The notes under the pieces are model-generated. The model saw only the letters and a program-made list of their open reading frames with translations, did not search any database and was not told where the DNA came from. This document shows positions 31,304 through 46,136 of a DNA stretch of 64,000 nucleotides, piece by piece. The stretch is from Deinococcus sp. (lineage in GTDB: Bacteria; Deinococcota; Deinococci; Deinococcales; Deinococcaceae): NCBI GenBank assembly GCA_965261005.1, contig OZ253375.1, positions 1,472,001 to 1,536,000 on the forward strand. Direction: 5' to 3'. The stretch's first letter is position 1; the number at the start of each line of letters is the position of its first letter. Both the position numbers and the translations under genes were made by a program.

Positions 31304-32272
31304 TCAGGGGATGCCGCCCAAAGACCCGCCCACGAACTCGCCCATGCCCTCGACCTTGACAGGCTGTCCCCCAAAGGAGCCGCCGCCCGCGACCGGCCCT
31401 TCCCAGTAGGCCACGCGGGTGGAGTTGGACAGCAGCTCTTGATTTTGGTGAACGGCGCCCACGTAGAGGTTGAAGTTGTCCGCCCTCAGGTCCCAATTCA
31501 GGGTGTACTCGCGCCCCGACGGCGAGCGCCAGGTGCCCTTCGGCGTGGCCTGGAAGTTCTCGACCGCCCGCGCCACGCCGTCTTTGTCCACCCACGAGCC
31601 GGCCAGCTGCACGACCTTGCCCGCCGTGTTCTTGACCCGGTAAACCATCAAATCCGCGCCGTTACTCAGGTGCAGCCCGAACCAGTCCCACAAAGCGCCC
31701 TGCCCCGGCAATTGGTCGCCCCACTGGTGGTCGAGCCAGGCGGTGCCGCTGGCGGGCTTGCCGGCCACCGTGCCGCTGAGTGCCAGACGGGTAATGCTTT
31801 GGTAATACATGCGCCCGACCTCGGCGTTCCCGGAATAGCCCGGCGGATGGACCACGGCCGGCTTTTCCGGCACCAGGTTGAGCTGGAGGGGGCCGGCGTC
31901 GAGGGCGTACTGCTTGGCCGTCTGTTGCAGCTTCCAGTCACCCTGGCGCACCGAAAGGGGCGGAAAGCTGAAGGCGGTGTCGGGAGAGTTCTGCTCCAAG
32001 AAGGTGACGTTGCCGGTCGAGAGGTCGGTCACGGCGACGTGGGCGGTGTTGTAGGGCACGCCTTTGTAGTTCACCCGGAACTGCGCCCAGTGAAAGGCGA
32101 GCTGGCTGTCCGGCAAGTAGCCCGACACGTACCACCACTCCAATTGGCTGTTCTTGGGGCCGAGGTCGCTGGCGACGGGCACGCTGGCCGGATTAAAGGC
32201 GGTGGCGGCCGGCGCGCAACTGACCAACACGGCCAGCGGGGCGGCGAGCAACAAAAAACGTGTGGAACGCAT
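31304..32272 (-). CDS. Lipocalin-like/AttH (CrtC-like) lipoprotein
   Basis: LVSC lipobox, EWWY, YYQSITRL, AWLDHQW, WDWF, YWEG. Confidence 0.8.
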   Translation of the reverse strand: MRSTRFLLLAAPLAVLVSCAPAATAFNPASVPVASDLGPKNSQLEWWYVSGYLPDSQLAFHWAQFRVNYKGVPYNTAHVAVTDLSTGNVTFLEQNSPDTAFSFPPLSVRQGDWKLQQTAKQYALDAGPLQLNLVPEKPAVVHPPGYSGNAEVGRMYYQSITRLALSGTVAGKPASGTAWLDHQWGDQLPGQGALWDWFGLHLSNGADLMVYRVKNTAGKVVQLAGSWVDKDGVARAVENFQATPKGTWRSPSGREYTLNWDLRADNFNLYVGAVHQNQELLSNSTRVAYWEGPVAGGGSFGGQPVKVEGMGEFVGGSLGGIP

Positions 32273-32324
32273 GCCCCACGCTAAAGCGCGCCCGCGGCCG
32301 AGATTGTAGCCGGGGTGCGAGGCG

Positions 32325-33218
32325 TCAGCTCGGTCGCAACCCCGCCAACTCGCGGTACAGCTCCCTTTCACGCTCGCTCAGGTCCGTCGGAATAGTCAGC
32401 TGAAGCCGGACATAGAGGTCGCCCGCACTTCCCCCCGCCTTGGGCCAGCCCTGCCCCTTGAGGCGCAAGTTGCGCCCGCCCGAGCTGCCCGCCGGAACGG
32501 TCAGCTCGATGTTGCCGCGCAGGGTCGCCACCTTGCGCTTGCCGCCAATCGCGGCTATCGGCGCCGGCACGTCCAGGGTGGTGTACACGTCGTCACCGAC
32601 CAGATCAAAACGCGTGTCCTCCAACACCCGCACGGTCAGCAGCACGTCGCCGTTGCCGGGCGCTTGGCCGGCGAGGCGCAGCCGGGCGCCGTCGCGCGTG
32701 CCGGCCGGAACCCGCACCTGCATGCGCTTGTCGCCCACCTGAATGGTCTGCTCGGTGCCGCCAAAAGTCTCCTGCAAGGTGACCTGCAACTCGCCCTCGA
32801 CGTTCTGCACAAAGCGCCGCCCGCCGCCCAGGCCGCCCAGCAAGTCCTCCAAGTCCACCTGCGCGCCGCCCCGGCCCGTAAAGCCACCGCGCGAGCCACC
32901 GCGCCCGAACAGGTCTTGAAAGAAATCGCTGAACTGCGCCCCATCGAAGCCCGAGAAGTCGGCCGCCCCGCCCTGCCCTTGATAAGCCCCCGGCGGAACT
33001 TGGCCGGTGTGGCCGTACTGGTCGTAGAGCTTGCGCTTCTCCGAGTCGGACAGCACCGCATACGCCTCGCCGATCTCCTTGAAGCGCGCCTCGGCCTCGG
33101 GACCGGGGTTCTTGTCGGGGTGGTACTGCTTGGCGAGCTTGCGGTAAGCGCCCTTGATGTCCGCCTCGCTGGCGTCGCGGGACACGCCCAGGGTGTCGTA
33201 ATAATCCTTATAAGCCAT
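32325..33218 (-). CDS. dnaJ: DnaJ-class chaperone lacking the zinc finger (DnaJ/CbpA type)
   Basis: DYY...YHPDKN J-domain, G/F-rich region, DnaJ_C; no CxxCxGxG. Confidence 0.88.
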   Translation of the reverse strand: MAYKDYYDTLGVSRDASEADIKGAYRKLAKQYHPDKNPGPEAEARFKEIGEAYAVLSDSEKRKLYDQYGHTGQVPPGAYQGQGGAADFSGFDGAQFSDFFQDLFGRGGSRGGFTGRGGAQVDLEDLLGGLGGGRRFVQNVEGELQVTLQETFGGTEQTIQVGDKRMQVRVPAGTRDGARLRLAGQAPGNGDVLLTVRVLEDTRFDLVGDDVYTTLDVPAPIAAIGGKRKVATLRGNIELTVPAGSSGGRNLRLKGQGWPKAGGSAGDLYVRLQLTIPTDLSERERELYRELAGLRPS

Positions 33219-33285
33219 AAGTTTGCTCCGGTAACACTTGCTGACAGGTCATGGGAAGTGAGAGCTGGTTATCCAAAGCTTTGCA

Positions 33286-33321
33286 CCCCTCTCCCCTTGC
33301 GGGAGAGGGGCCGGGGGTGAG
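33286..33321 (-). repeat. Interspersed palindromic REP-like repeat, copy 2
   Basis: Reverse complement of the element at 15004-15039; lies between grpE and dnaJ. Confidence 0.75.
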
Positions 33322-33359
33322 TGGTCCCACCCGCAAGCTCAAAAATCAACCTGTACCCC

Positions 33360-33974
33360 TCAGTTGCTCGCCTTTTCCACCACGACCCGCGCCGGGCGCA
33401 CCAGCTTGTCGCCCAGCCTGAAGCCGCTTTGGTACACCTGCACGATCACGTTGTCGCGCTCGCCGGGCACCACCTGAAGGGCCTCGTGCAGCGCCGGATC
33501 GAACTCTTCACCCTCGGCGCCGGTCTGCGTCAGGCCCAGCTTCTCGAAGGTCCGCAGCATGGCCCCCTGTACGCCGGACAGGCCGCCCAGCACGCTGGCC
33601 GGGTCCTTCTGGGCCACGTCCAGGGCGCGCGACAGGTCGTCGTAGACCGGCAGCAACTCCTCCACCGCCTTTGAAATCCCGGCCCCCTTGGCGTCCAGCA
33701 CGTCCTGGTTGGTGCGGCGGCGGTAGTTCTCGAAGTCGGCCAGCAGGCGAGCGTATTTGCCGCGCAGGTCGTTCAGTTCCCCCTCCAACTCGTCGGCGCG
33801 CTGGAGCTTGCCCATCATCTCCTGCACCTGCCCCAGCATGTTCTCGTCGAGCATGGAGGGGTCGAAGCTGGCTGGGTCGAAGGGCGTGTCCTCGTTCTCC
33901 AACTCGACATCTTCCGTGTCGGCGTCCTCGAAGTCGGCATCTATGGTGCGTTTGGTTCGGTCGTCGTTGGTCAT
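33360..33974 (-). CDS. grpE: Nucleotide exchange factor GrpE
   Basis: ADFENYRRR, LLPVYDDL, FDPALHEA, RPARVVV. Confidence 0.95.
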   Translation of the reverse strand: MTNDDRTKRTIDADFEDADTEDVELENEDTPFDPASFDPSMLDENMLGQVQEMMGKLQRADELEGELNDLRGKYARLLADFENYRRRTNQDVLDAKGAGISKAVEELLPVYDDLSRALDVAQKDPASVLGGLSGVQGAMLRTFEKLGLTQTGAEGEEFDPALHEALQVVPGERDNVIVQVYQSGFRLGDKLVRPARVVVEKASN

Positions 33975-34054
33975 GCTTATTCCTCCATTACGTGTCTATC
34001 TACTTAAGACTGAGGATATTTTTTGATATCCAGCTCAATTAGAAAGATTGTTTC

Positions 34055-34603
34055 TCAACTGCTTAATAGGAAAAGTTTATCCACCCATTCTGAGATCATA
34101 ATTATTATGTTTGTAAGTGTGATTAGTATAACAAATCCGGTGAATAATATAAAGGGCAGGAGTATGATAAACTCTATTAAAACAGCTATAATGTGAGAAT
34201 AGCCATATGAGCCTATCGTCATAAGAAACAACCTGAATGTGTAAAGCTCCAGTGCAGACAGTACACAATGTATACCAAACAAAGCAGTGCGTATATTTAT
34301 ATTATCTATGTCTATTTTTAATTTTCTTGCCTTCTTAATATTTCCGGGAGACTTCAGATCAAGCCACATACCAGTTCCCCAAGCGAATGTTCCAATCGTT
34401 AAAAAAACAAGCATAGTGTTAATAAAATTTTGATTCACGTATAATCCAGGACTTGATGTAGGCTTAGGAATGTCGAATAGAGCAGTGTTTTTATCATGTA
34501 TAAAGAAAAGCATAAGAGCAAAAAATGCTGTTGAAATAAAAATGCTGATACGAGATGTTACATACTGAGCCTTGAATAACCAAGGTTTAATCTCTTGCAG
34601 CAT
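34055..34603 (-). CDS. AT-rich hypothetical membrane protein (about 4 TM segments)
   Basis: 182-aa ORF with GGAGG RBS and hydrophobic segments; 20/60 GC in 34081-34140. Confidence 0.75.
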   Translation of the reverse strand: MLQEIKPWLFKAQYVTSRISIFISTAFFALMLFFIHDKNTALFDIPKPTSSPGLYVNQNFINTMLVFLTIGTFAWGTGMWLDLKSPGNIKKARKLKIDIDNINIRTALFGIHCVLSALELYTFRLFLMTIGSYGYSHIIAVLIEFIILLPFILFTGFVILITLTNIIIMISEWVDKLFLLSS

Positions 34604-34664
34604 AGAACACCTCCAATGAACGAGAGTATGCTTGTAAACATACTCTCGTTCATATACAACCCCT

Positions 34665-36533
<1,869 letters not shown>

Positions 36534-36606
36534 GTGTTTCTCCTGTGGTTGATCTGTGATGTTGGTCTTCCTGCTTCTTCAGAAGAAGCAGTTCTGAACG
36601 TCAACC

Positions 36607-36660
36607 ATCATAAGGCTACAGTTGTGTCCAGTCAAGAGACTTGAGCGTGGTCATATCAAG
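36607..36660. promoter_or_regulatory. dnaK promoter and HAIR operator between divergent dnaK and ftsH
   Basis: Minus-strand TTGACT-N17-TATGAT (36635-36607); CTTGAGC-N7-TATCAAG at 36640-36660. Confidence 0.78.
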
Positions 36661-36750
36661 TTAAGGCGGGCTGAAGGGGCGACCCGCGATGCGCGGGAAA
36701 GCGTTGCATAGCTTTCATAGCGCGCCCCGGGAAAGCCATAGACTTGACGC

Positions 36751-38646
<1,896 letters not shown>

Positions 38647-38663
38647 AAACGAGAGGCAGACCA

Positions 38664-38690
38664 AAGGGCGGGAAATTTCCCGCCCTTCTT
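38664..38690. terminator. Terminator between convergent ftsH and dps
   Basis: AAGGGCGGGA/TCCCGCCCTT stem. Confidence 0.75.
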
Positions 38691-38702
38691 CTCGCAAGAA
38701 CT

Positions 38703-39254
38703 TTACTTGGTGTTCTGCTCGCCTTGCGCGGCCTCGAACAGGAACCAGGTGCGGCGCTGGGTCTCGTCGATGTAGACCTCCAGCAGGCTGGCCGTCGCCA
38801 CATCCTTGTACTTCTCGCACAGCTCGTGGACCTGGGTTTGGCGGCCGGCGTAGTTCTTGTTGTCGTCCATCAGCTCGCGCAGCATGTCAAGCGGCGTCAC
38901 GAAGTCGGCGTCGTTGTCCTGAACGTGCTGCTTGCTCGCCACGTCCCCAACCGAGCGAAGGGTGGTGCCGCCCAGCTTACGGACCCGCTCGGCGAGGGGG
39001 TCGATGGTCTCGAAAATCTTGTCGGCCTGGGTGTCGAACATCAGGTGGTAGTCGCGGAAGTGGCTGCCCGACAGGTGCCAATGAAAGTTCTTGGTCTTCA
39101 TGTACAGGGCGAAGGCGTCGGCGACCAGGCCGTTCAGGGCCGCGCTGATCTGCGCCACGCCCTCGCTGTCGATGTTAGTCGGAACGGCGAGCTGTTCGGG
39201 CGCGGGGTAGGACTTGGAGCCGGCCTGGTTGGGCTTTTGTTGGGTCTGCGTCAT
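38703..39254 (-). CDS. dps: Dps family DNA-protecting ferritin-like protein
   Basis: KTKNFHWH, HLMFD, DPLAERVRKLGG; start after GGAGG. Confidence 0.9.
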   Translation of the reverse strand: MTQTQQKPNQAGSKSYPAPEQLAVPTNIDSEGVAQISAALNGLVADAFALYMKTKNFHWHLSGSHFRDYHLMFDTQADKIFETIDPLAERVRKLGGTTLRSVGDVASKQHVQDNDADFVTPLDMLRELMDDNKNYAGRQTQVHELCEKYKDVATASLLEVYIDETQRRTWFLFEAAQGEQNTK

Positions 39255-39431
39255 GTGCTTCCTCCTTGTACACCCACTTGTACGCCAAGTGGGCGAACCG
39301 TCTTCAATGTAAACCCTCTCGGTGAGCGCCAAGAAAAGTTTCGGTTGGTAAAGAAATCATTCTCGACAAACAAATAAGTCAACGTTAAGATCGCGTGGAG
39401 GATGCTTTAAGCTGTGCAGGTGTATACGTTC

Positions 39432-40010
39432 ATGACAGCGGCGGGGTTCGGTCCCGCGCGGGTCGGCGCGGAGGCGGCGCGCTTGGCGGGCGCCGCCGAC
39501 TTGGCGCCCGGTTTGGTGCTGGACGCTGAATTCGAGGAGACCTTTTACCGCACCGGCAACTTGCCCGAACAGCTCGGAACGCTGTTCGCCCCCATCAAGC
39601 CGCGCCGCGTGGACGAGGACTTGCTGGAGGCGCTGTGCGCGCGGGCGCGGGCGCTTTTGCGCGGCACGGCGCTGCTCGACGACGCCGTGCAACAGTTTTA
39701 CCGGGGGCTGGGGGACGCGGGCGTGCTGGGCGGCCCCGTTCACCTGCGCCGCGACGGGGAGAGCGCTTCGGAGACGGCCCTCGCCACGCCGCCGGGCACG
39801 CCGGTTCTGTTCGCCCTCAAAAAGCTGTGGGCGCGCGACTGGGACTTCGAGGCCGTCTTGGCTCGCCTCGACGGCCAAGGTGGCGTGGCGCTGGAGGCCC
39901 GGCCGGTTCTGCTGTTTGCCGGCGAAGCGGGCCGGCCCGATACCGCCCTCGCCGCCGCCTTGGGCTGGCCGCGCGCCTTGGTAAACGAACGCGGCGTCGT
40001 GGGGGCTTGA
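39432..40010 (+). CDS. Hypothetical protein, weakly like a fragment of the PEP-synthase nucleotide-binding domain
   Basis: Host-like codon pattern; LFALKKLWA motif. Function uncertain. Confidence 0.6.
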   Translation: MTAAGFGPARVGAEAARLAGAADLAPGLVLDAEFEETFYRTGNLPEQLGTLFAPIKPRRVDEDLLEALCARARALLRGTALLDDAVQQFYRGLGDAGVLGGPVHLRRDGESASETALATPPGTPVLFALKKLWARDWDFEAVLARLDGQGGVALEARPVLLFAGEAGRPDTALAAALGWPRALVNERGVVGA

Positions 40011-40021
40011 CGCACAGTTCC

Positions 40022-40981
<960 letters not shown>

Positions 40982-41002
40982 GCCGCTAGTGTACCGGGCC
41001 GA

Positions 41003-41494
41003 CTAGTGTACTGGGCCGGGTGAAGCGGGCGGCGCGGGGTCCACCCACCCGAGCAGCGCCGGCTCGTAGTGCAGCAGGTAGGGTTTGGAAAGCAGGCTGA
41101 AGCCCCCCGTGTCCGAGAGCGCCAGCGCGCCGGCGAAAGGGCCGCCGCCGACCGTGTAGACCGTTCGCCCTCGCGCGTCGCCCAAGCGCCCCAGCATTCC
41201 CTTTGGCACGAGCGACCCCAGCGCCGGCCCGCCCAGCACGTCCAGCCGCCACGACTGCGCGCGCTGATCGGTGTCATAGGTGACCCGCACCTCGCGCGCG
41301 GTCAGCGGCGGCGCCGTGGTCCAGACAGTCAGCTTGCGCAAGCGGTCGGGCAGCCGTTCGCGCGTATCGGCCGCGCGGTCGAAGCTGCCGGCCACGGCCA
41401 GCATCAAGGTCTGGGCGGGGGAAGCCGGTCCACGCGCGCAACCCCACAAGAGGATCAGCAGGGAGCAGGGCCAAAGGCGGAAAGCGGCGCGCAC
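41003..41494 (-). CDS. Hypothetical lipoprotein
   Basis: LWGC lipobox-like motif; fits the operon. Confidence 0.55.
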   Translation of the reverse strand: MRAAFRLWPCSLLILLWGCARGPASPAQTLMLAVAGSFDRAADTRERLPDRLRKLTVWTTAPPLTAREVRVTYDTDQRAQSWRLDVLGGPALGSLVPKGMLGRLGDARGRTVYTVGGGPFAGALALSDTGGFSLLSKPYLLHYEPALLGWVDPAPPASPGPVH

Positions 41495-41503
41495 GCCCCC
41501 AGG

Positions 41504-41860
41504 CTAGCGCGCCGCGCCGGGACCCTGGTCCCACTTGGCCGCGCGCTGGCGGCGCGTCCCGATTCTGGCCCCCAGCCAAGCGCCCAGCGCGTCGGCGAGC
41601 CAATCATCCAGGCCCGCCGCGCGGCCGGGCACAAAGGCTTGGTGCAATTCGTCGGAGGCGCCGAACCAAGCGGCCAGCAGCAGGGCGCTCCGCCACGAGC
41701 CGCTGGCCTTGGCGAGCAAAAAGCCCAGCACGGCGTAGCCCGCGAAATGGGTCAGCTTGTCCCACGGCGCGGGAATGCCCACCCGGTCGCCGCTTTGCGA
41801 GGACAGGTAGAATTCGCCCGCCATGAACGCCAAGCTGAGCAGCCACCACAGCAGCTTCAC
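41504..41860 (-). CDS. VanZ family membrane protein
   Basis: DKLTHFAGYAVLG, SDELHQAFVPGR, DWLAD. Confidence 0.88.
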   Translation of the reverse strand: MKLLWWLLSLAFMAGEFYLSSQSGDRVGIPAPWDKLTHFAGYAVLGFLLAKASGSWRSALLLAAWFGASDELHQAFVPGRAAGLDDWLADALGAWLGARIGTRRQRAAKWDQGPGAAR

Positions 41861-42276
41861 GGGTATTGCACCAATTCGATCAGGGTGCCGCCGCCCCACC
41901 TGGGGTGCACAAAGGCGACCCGGGTGCCCGCGCGGCCGGCTTGCGGCGTGTCGCTCAGCAACTGGGCGCCCTCGCGCCCAAGCTGGGCCAACCGCGCCTC
42001 CACGTTCTCCACCCGGAAGGCGAGATGGTGAAGACCGGGACCGCGCCGCGCCAAAAAGCCGGCCAGCTGGCTCTCCGATCCCGTGGGAGCAAGCAGCTCG
42101 ATCAAGGTATTCCCCGCCCTGAAAGCGCGCACCCGCACCCCTTGCCCCGGCACGTCCTCGTCGGGACCCTCGGGCGTGAGGCCGAGGGCCAGGTACGGCG
42201 CGCTGCCCGCGTCCAGATCGGGGGTGGCGATGGCGACGTGGTCCAGGAGCAGCTGGTCCGGCGAAAGGTCGTTCAC
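41857..42276 (-). CDS. mce: Methylmalonyl-CoA epimerase (VOC family)
   Basis: DHVAIA, IELL, GPGLHHLAF, FVHP...GTLIELVQ. Confidence 0.8.
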   Translation of the reverse strand: MNDLSPDQLLLDHVAIATPDLDAGSAPYLALGLTPEGPDEDVPGQGVRVRAFRAGNTLIELLAPTGSESQLAGFLARRGPGLHHLAFRVENVEARLAQLGREGAQLLSDTPQAGRAGTRVAFVHPRWGGGTLIELVQYP

Positions 42277-42309
42277 CCCCGCACTATAAATCGCTCAGCA
42301 CAAGATCGC

Positions 42310-43377
42310 TCAGCGCAGCACCCAGGCCAATTCGCGGGGGACGTTCACGCTCACGTTGGTGCTCGCCTCGGCCGGGCAAGTGCTGTATTGGGGCTGCACC
42401 ACGTCGTAGCAGGCCAAGCCGCCCGGCTGCAAGGTGTAGAGGTAGTTGTCCTGGGTCACGACCAGGTCGAGCAGGCCATTGACCGTCGGGGTGGCGCGCA
42501 CCGCCAGATTGGCGGCGTTCGCGATGGTCAGCGCGCTCGTCTCGGCGTTCCACACCGCCAGCACGCCCCGCTGAACCCACACGCGGTCGGTCTGGCCGGT
42601 CGGCGTGCTGGCCGTGGGCACGCCGCCCACCGCCGCCGGCAGCGTGACCAAGCCGGCGGCGGTGGTGGCGTAGACGGCGCCGCCGACCGTCGCCGCGAGG
42701 TCGCCAATTTGGGGCGTGTAGGTCGGCGCTGGGGTCAGCGAGATAATGTCGGGAACGCACAGAAAGGGCCGGGTGAAGTCGCAGCCCACGGCAGGCGTCA
42801 CGCGCAGCACCTCGCTGCGGGCGGGGTCAGCGCTGGGCAGCGCCACCCAGATGGTGTCGTTCAGAACGGTGAGACCCAGCCGCACGTTCGGCACGCTGAG
42901 GTCGGTGGGCACGCGCGCCACGCCGGCTTGGTAGCGCAGGGTGCCCACGCTGTCATACAGCGCCAACACGTCCGGCCGGCCGGGGCAAGCCTCGTAGACG
43001 GCCAGGCGCGTGCCGCCCGGATCGGTCGCCAAGCGGGCGAAGCAGGTGCCGCCGGGCGTGAAGTTGCCCGAGAAGAAGAGGGGCGGGTAGGTGACGGGCG
43101 TGCCCAGCACGTTCAGGTCGGCGTCGCGGAACTCCAGCCGGTCGGCGTAGGCCACCGCCAGCTTGGCCCCGTTCGCCACCGTCGCAATGCCGATCACCTT
43201 GTTCGGCGCCGTCACGGTCACGGCGGGCGCGGACGTGCCCACGTCGGTCGCGCGCAAGGTCGCGTCCCCCTCCAGCGTGACCAGGCGCGTCGGGGCCGGC
43301 GGCTCGTCGGTGCCTGTGCAGGCGCCCAGCACGAGAAGAAGGGGCAGGAAAAGGCAGGCGCGCAGCAATTGGTTCAT
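42310..43377 (-). CDS. Hypothetical lipoprotein (probably beta-propeller-like)
   Basis: LGAC lipobox; beta-rich sequence; downstream of the LptD-like gene. Confidence 0.7.
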   Translation of the reverse strand: MNQLLRACLFLPLLLVLGACTGTDEPPAPTRLVTLEGDATLRATDVGTSAPAVTVTAPNKVIGIATVANGAKLAVAYADRLEFRDADLNVLGTPVTYPPLFFSGNFTPGGTCFARLATDPGGTRLAVYEACPGRPDVLALYDSVGTLRYQAGVARVPTDLSVPNVRLGLTVLNDTIWVALPSADPARSEVLRVTPAVGCDFTRPFLCVPDIISLTPAPTYTPQIGDLAATVGGAVYATTAAGLVTLPAAVGGVPTASTPTGQTDRVWVQRGVLAVWNAETSALTIANAANLAVRATPTVNGLLDLVVTQDNYLYTLQPGGLACYDVVQPQYSTCPAEASTNVSVNVPRELAWVLR

Positions 43378-43390
43378 CAAGGACCTCTCG

Positions 43391-46072
43391 TTAGGGAGCA
43401 CCGGTCAAACCGGGAATCTGCACCCCGTTTTGATCGAAGTCGAAGGCGGTGCCGCCGCCGCCCGGCAAGGTCAGGCCCAAGCGTACCCTTTTGAGCAGCG
43501 GGTTCAGCTCGAAGTTGACCGCCCAGCAGCAGCGGTTGATCCTCAGCAAAAAGACCGGTTGAATCGGGCCGACGGTTTGGGCGACGCCGTCTTGCCATGT
43601 GAAGCTTTGGGCCAGCGCGGTGGTGAAGTAGGCGCCGGGCACCGGGCCGCTTCCCAGCGCCAGCGTGACGCTCAGGGGCGCGAAGGTGAGCGTGTCGGTG
43701 GTGCTGTCGCCGGCGCGCGCGCGCGCGTAAAAGGCGCTGCCCAACAGGCCCACCCGCGGGGTCAGGTCGTATTGGCCGCTCACGGCGGCGCTGGCGAGTT
43801 CCGTCTGCGGCTGGTCGAGTCCAGGCGCGCGCACGCCCACGCTGGCGTCCAGTCGCTGCCCGCCGCGCGTCAGGCCGAGGCGTCCGGTCAGGGCCGGGGT
43901 GGTCCAACCGCCGCGGTTGAGGTCGTAGGTGCCGCCGTAGCTGAGCGACCAAAAGGTGGGCGAGCCGCTGGGACCGCTCACGCCGAAGTTGAGGTTGCCC
44001 ACGCCCTGACCGAAGGTCTGGCCCACGGTCGCCTGCGGGTTGGGGATGCTGAAGCTGTGGCTGGACGTGAAGCTCACCCCGCGCCACGTCAGCGCGAAGT
44101 TGCCGCTGAAGCCGGGGGCCGTCACGCCCAGCGTTTCGTCGGCGCTGAGGGTGATGGGGTTGAGCAGGGCGTCGCGGGTGGCGACAGCGTTGAGGCTGGC
44201 CCTTAGGGTGCTGAGCTGGTTGTTCTGTAAGTCGTAGGTGACGCCAAAGGTCAGCGTGGAGGCGCGGTCGAAGGTGCTGTAGGAGGCGCTCACGTTCAGC
44301 GGTTGGTAGCCGCCCACGTTCGCAAAGGCCGTGCTCAGGCTCAGGCTCAAGTCGCTGTTGCCGCCGAGGGTGGCGCTGGCCTGCCAATCCTGCAATTCCC
44401 CCTTGAAGAAGTTGTAGTCGAGGCTGGCAGTCGCGCTGAGGGGGGCGGGCGTGAGCGCGACGCCAAAGGTGGTGGCGCTTTGCCGGTTGCCCGGCTGGAT
44501 GAAGTCGTAGTTCTGCGCGGCGCTCAGGGTCAGCCACGGGGCTGGGCGCAGGTTTCCTCCCAAGGTCAGCACCGCGCTGGGCAAGCGGCGCGCGACGGCG
44601 TCAAAGGCGAAGGGGGACACGCCGTCGGCGCGCAGGTAGCTGTAGCCCAAGCTGACGTCGGCGAAGTCGCCGAAGCGCTGGGTCAAGGCGACGCCAAAGC
44701 TGAGCGCCACCGCCCGCTTGCCGAGAAAGGTGTAGTACTGGCCGGTGAAGTCGTTGGTGACGCGAAAGGTCGCGCTGTCCCACGGCCGCGTTTCGTAGAC
44801 GATGCGGTGGGTTTCGAGCAGCCGCTCGCTGCTGACGTTCTGGCCCGCGAGCGTGGTGGTCAGGCGCGAGGCCGCGTTGCTGGCGGCGGTGTAGCTGCCC
44901 AGGGTCACGCCGAACTTGGCGCTCAAGTCGCCCGAGCGAAATTGGTTGAAGTCAAGGGCCAACTCGGGATGCAGCAGCGGGCTGGGCAGCGCGCCGTCGG
45001 GCGGCGGCCCGAAGCGGTCCACAAAGCTCAGGGTCGCGTTGAGGATGTCGTAGCTGACCTTGGCGGCGAAGCTGACGTTCGAGACGCCCTTGAAGGTGGC
45101 CGTCTGCCCGATGTCGGCGCGGTTCGCCTGAAAGGTGTAGCTGAGGCCGTTCAGGCTGCCGGGCAAGGCCGATTGGCCGACGGCGTTCACCCGGAAGTCG
45201 AGGTCGTAACCGGAATCGGGGACGCCACTCGCGCCGAAGGCCGGCCGGGGATTGGCGAGTGCGTAGGCGTCGAGCCTGGAGATGCCCAGCGGCAACCCAT
45301 AGGCGGTCAGGTCCACCCCGAAGCCGACGCTGGGCGTGCGGTTCGCGTAGTAGCGCAGCAAGCTGAAGCCCTGCCCGCTGCTGCCGAACACAAAGGGCAG
45401 GTCCAGTTGCAAAGTCCAGCCGTCAATCAGGCTGTACCCCACGTTGAAGCGCGGCTGGCGGTCCCTATCACCCAGCAGCAGCACTGCCACCGGCAGATAC
45501 AGCACCGGCGCGTCGGCGAGCAGCAGGGTGGCGTCGTAGGCCACCAAGCGGTCCCCCGGATACAAAAAGATGCGCTGCGCGCGGAAGGCGTAATCGTTGG
45601 GCGTGCGCCCGCAGCGGGCGCAAAGGGTGAAGTACCCATTATCCACCTTGAGCTGACCGGGAACCCGCTCGACGTTGGCGCCGCGAATCTCCAGGTCGCT
45701 GGTTGCCACGATCACGTCGTCCCCCGTCAGATTCTGGCTGGCGAGGTCCACCACCAAGTTGTCGCCGGTGAGCACCTGCTCGCTCTCGGCCCCGTTCGCC
45801 CCCGCGACGAAGCTGCGGTAGATGGCGCGCCCGCTCAGGCTGAGGGTGCGCTTCGTGCGGTTGTACTCGACGCGCGAGGCGCGAATGGTGTCCTTTTCGT
45901 CGATGCGCAGCTCCACCGGGTCGCCGCTCAGAATGGCGAGGTCCTGACCGTCCACCTTGCGCAACTCCAACTGGTCGGCGCGCACAATTTCGATGGTGCG
46001 CGCCCCCGCCACGGACAGCAGCAAGCCGAACAGCACCAACAGACGGGCGAGCAAACGAATCACGCGGGCCAC
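43391..46072 (-). CDS. LptD/OstA-like outer-membrane beta-barrel protein
   Basis: Signal peptide, jellyroll-like N-terminus, FTLCARC, PVLYLP, and CCW near the C-terminus. Confidence 0.72.
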   Translation of the reverse strand: MARVIRLLARLLVLFGLLLSVAGARTIEIVRADQLELRKVDGQDLAILSGDPVELRIDEKDTIRASRVEYNRTKRTLSLSGRAIYRSFVAGANGAESEQVLTGDNLVVDLASQNLTGDDVIVATSDLEIRGANVERVPGQLKVDNGYFTLCARCGRTPNDYAFRAQRIFLYPGDRLVAYDATLLLADAPVLYLPVAVLLLGDRDRQPRFNVGYSLIDGWTLQLDLPFVFGSSGQGFSLLRYYANRTPSVGFGVDLTAYGLPLGISRLDAYALANPRPAFGASGVPDSGYDLDFRVNAVGQSALPGSLNGLSYTFQANRADIGQTATFKGVSNVSFAAKVSYDILNATLSFVDRFGPPPDGALPSPLLHPELALDFNQFRSGDLSAKFGVTLGSYTAASNAASRLTTTLAGQNVSSERLLETHRIVYETRPWDSATFRVTNDFTGQYYTFLGKRAVALSFGVALTQRFGDFADVSLGYSYLRADGVSPFAFDAVARRLPSAVLTLGGNLRPAPWLTLSAAQNYDFIQPGNRQSATTFGVALTPAPLSATASLDYNFFKGELQDWQASATLGGNSDLSLSLSTAFANVGGYQPLNVSASYSTFDRASTLTFGVTYDLQNNQLSTLRASLNAVATRDALLNPITLSADETLGVTAPGFSGNFALTWRGVSFTSSHSFSIPNPQATVGQTFGQGVGNLNFGVSGPSGSPTFWSLSYGGTYDLNRGGWTTPALTGRLGLTRGGQRLDASVGVRAPGLDQPQTELASAAVSGQYDLTPRVGLLGSAFYARARAGDSTTDTLTFAPLSVTLALGSGPVPGAYFTTALAQSFTWQDGVAQTVGPIQPVFLLRINRCCWAVNFELNPLLKRVRLGLTLPGGGGTAFDFDQNGVQIPGLTGAP

Positions 46073-46136
46073 AGCTTAACGGTTCCCGCTGAGGTAAGTG
46101 AAGTAACCTTCCCGGTCACCACAGAACGGCCGAAAA

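Noticed and set aside
34023..34038. Third HAIR site before grpE (TTGATA-N4-GCTCAA)
   Set aside because: Spacer is 3 bp too short for the HspR consensus.
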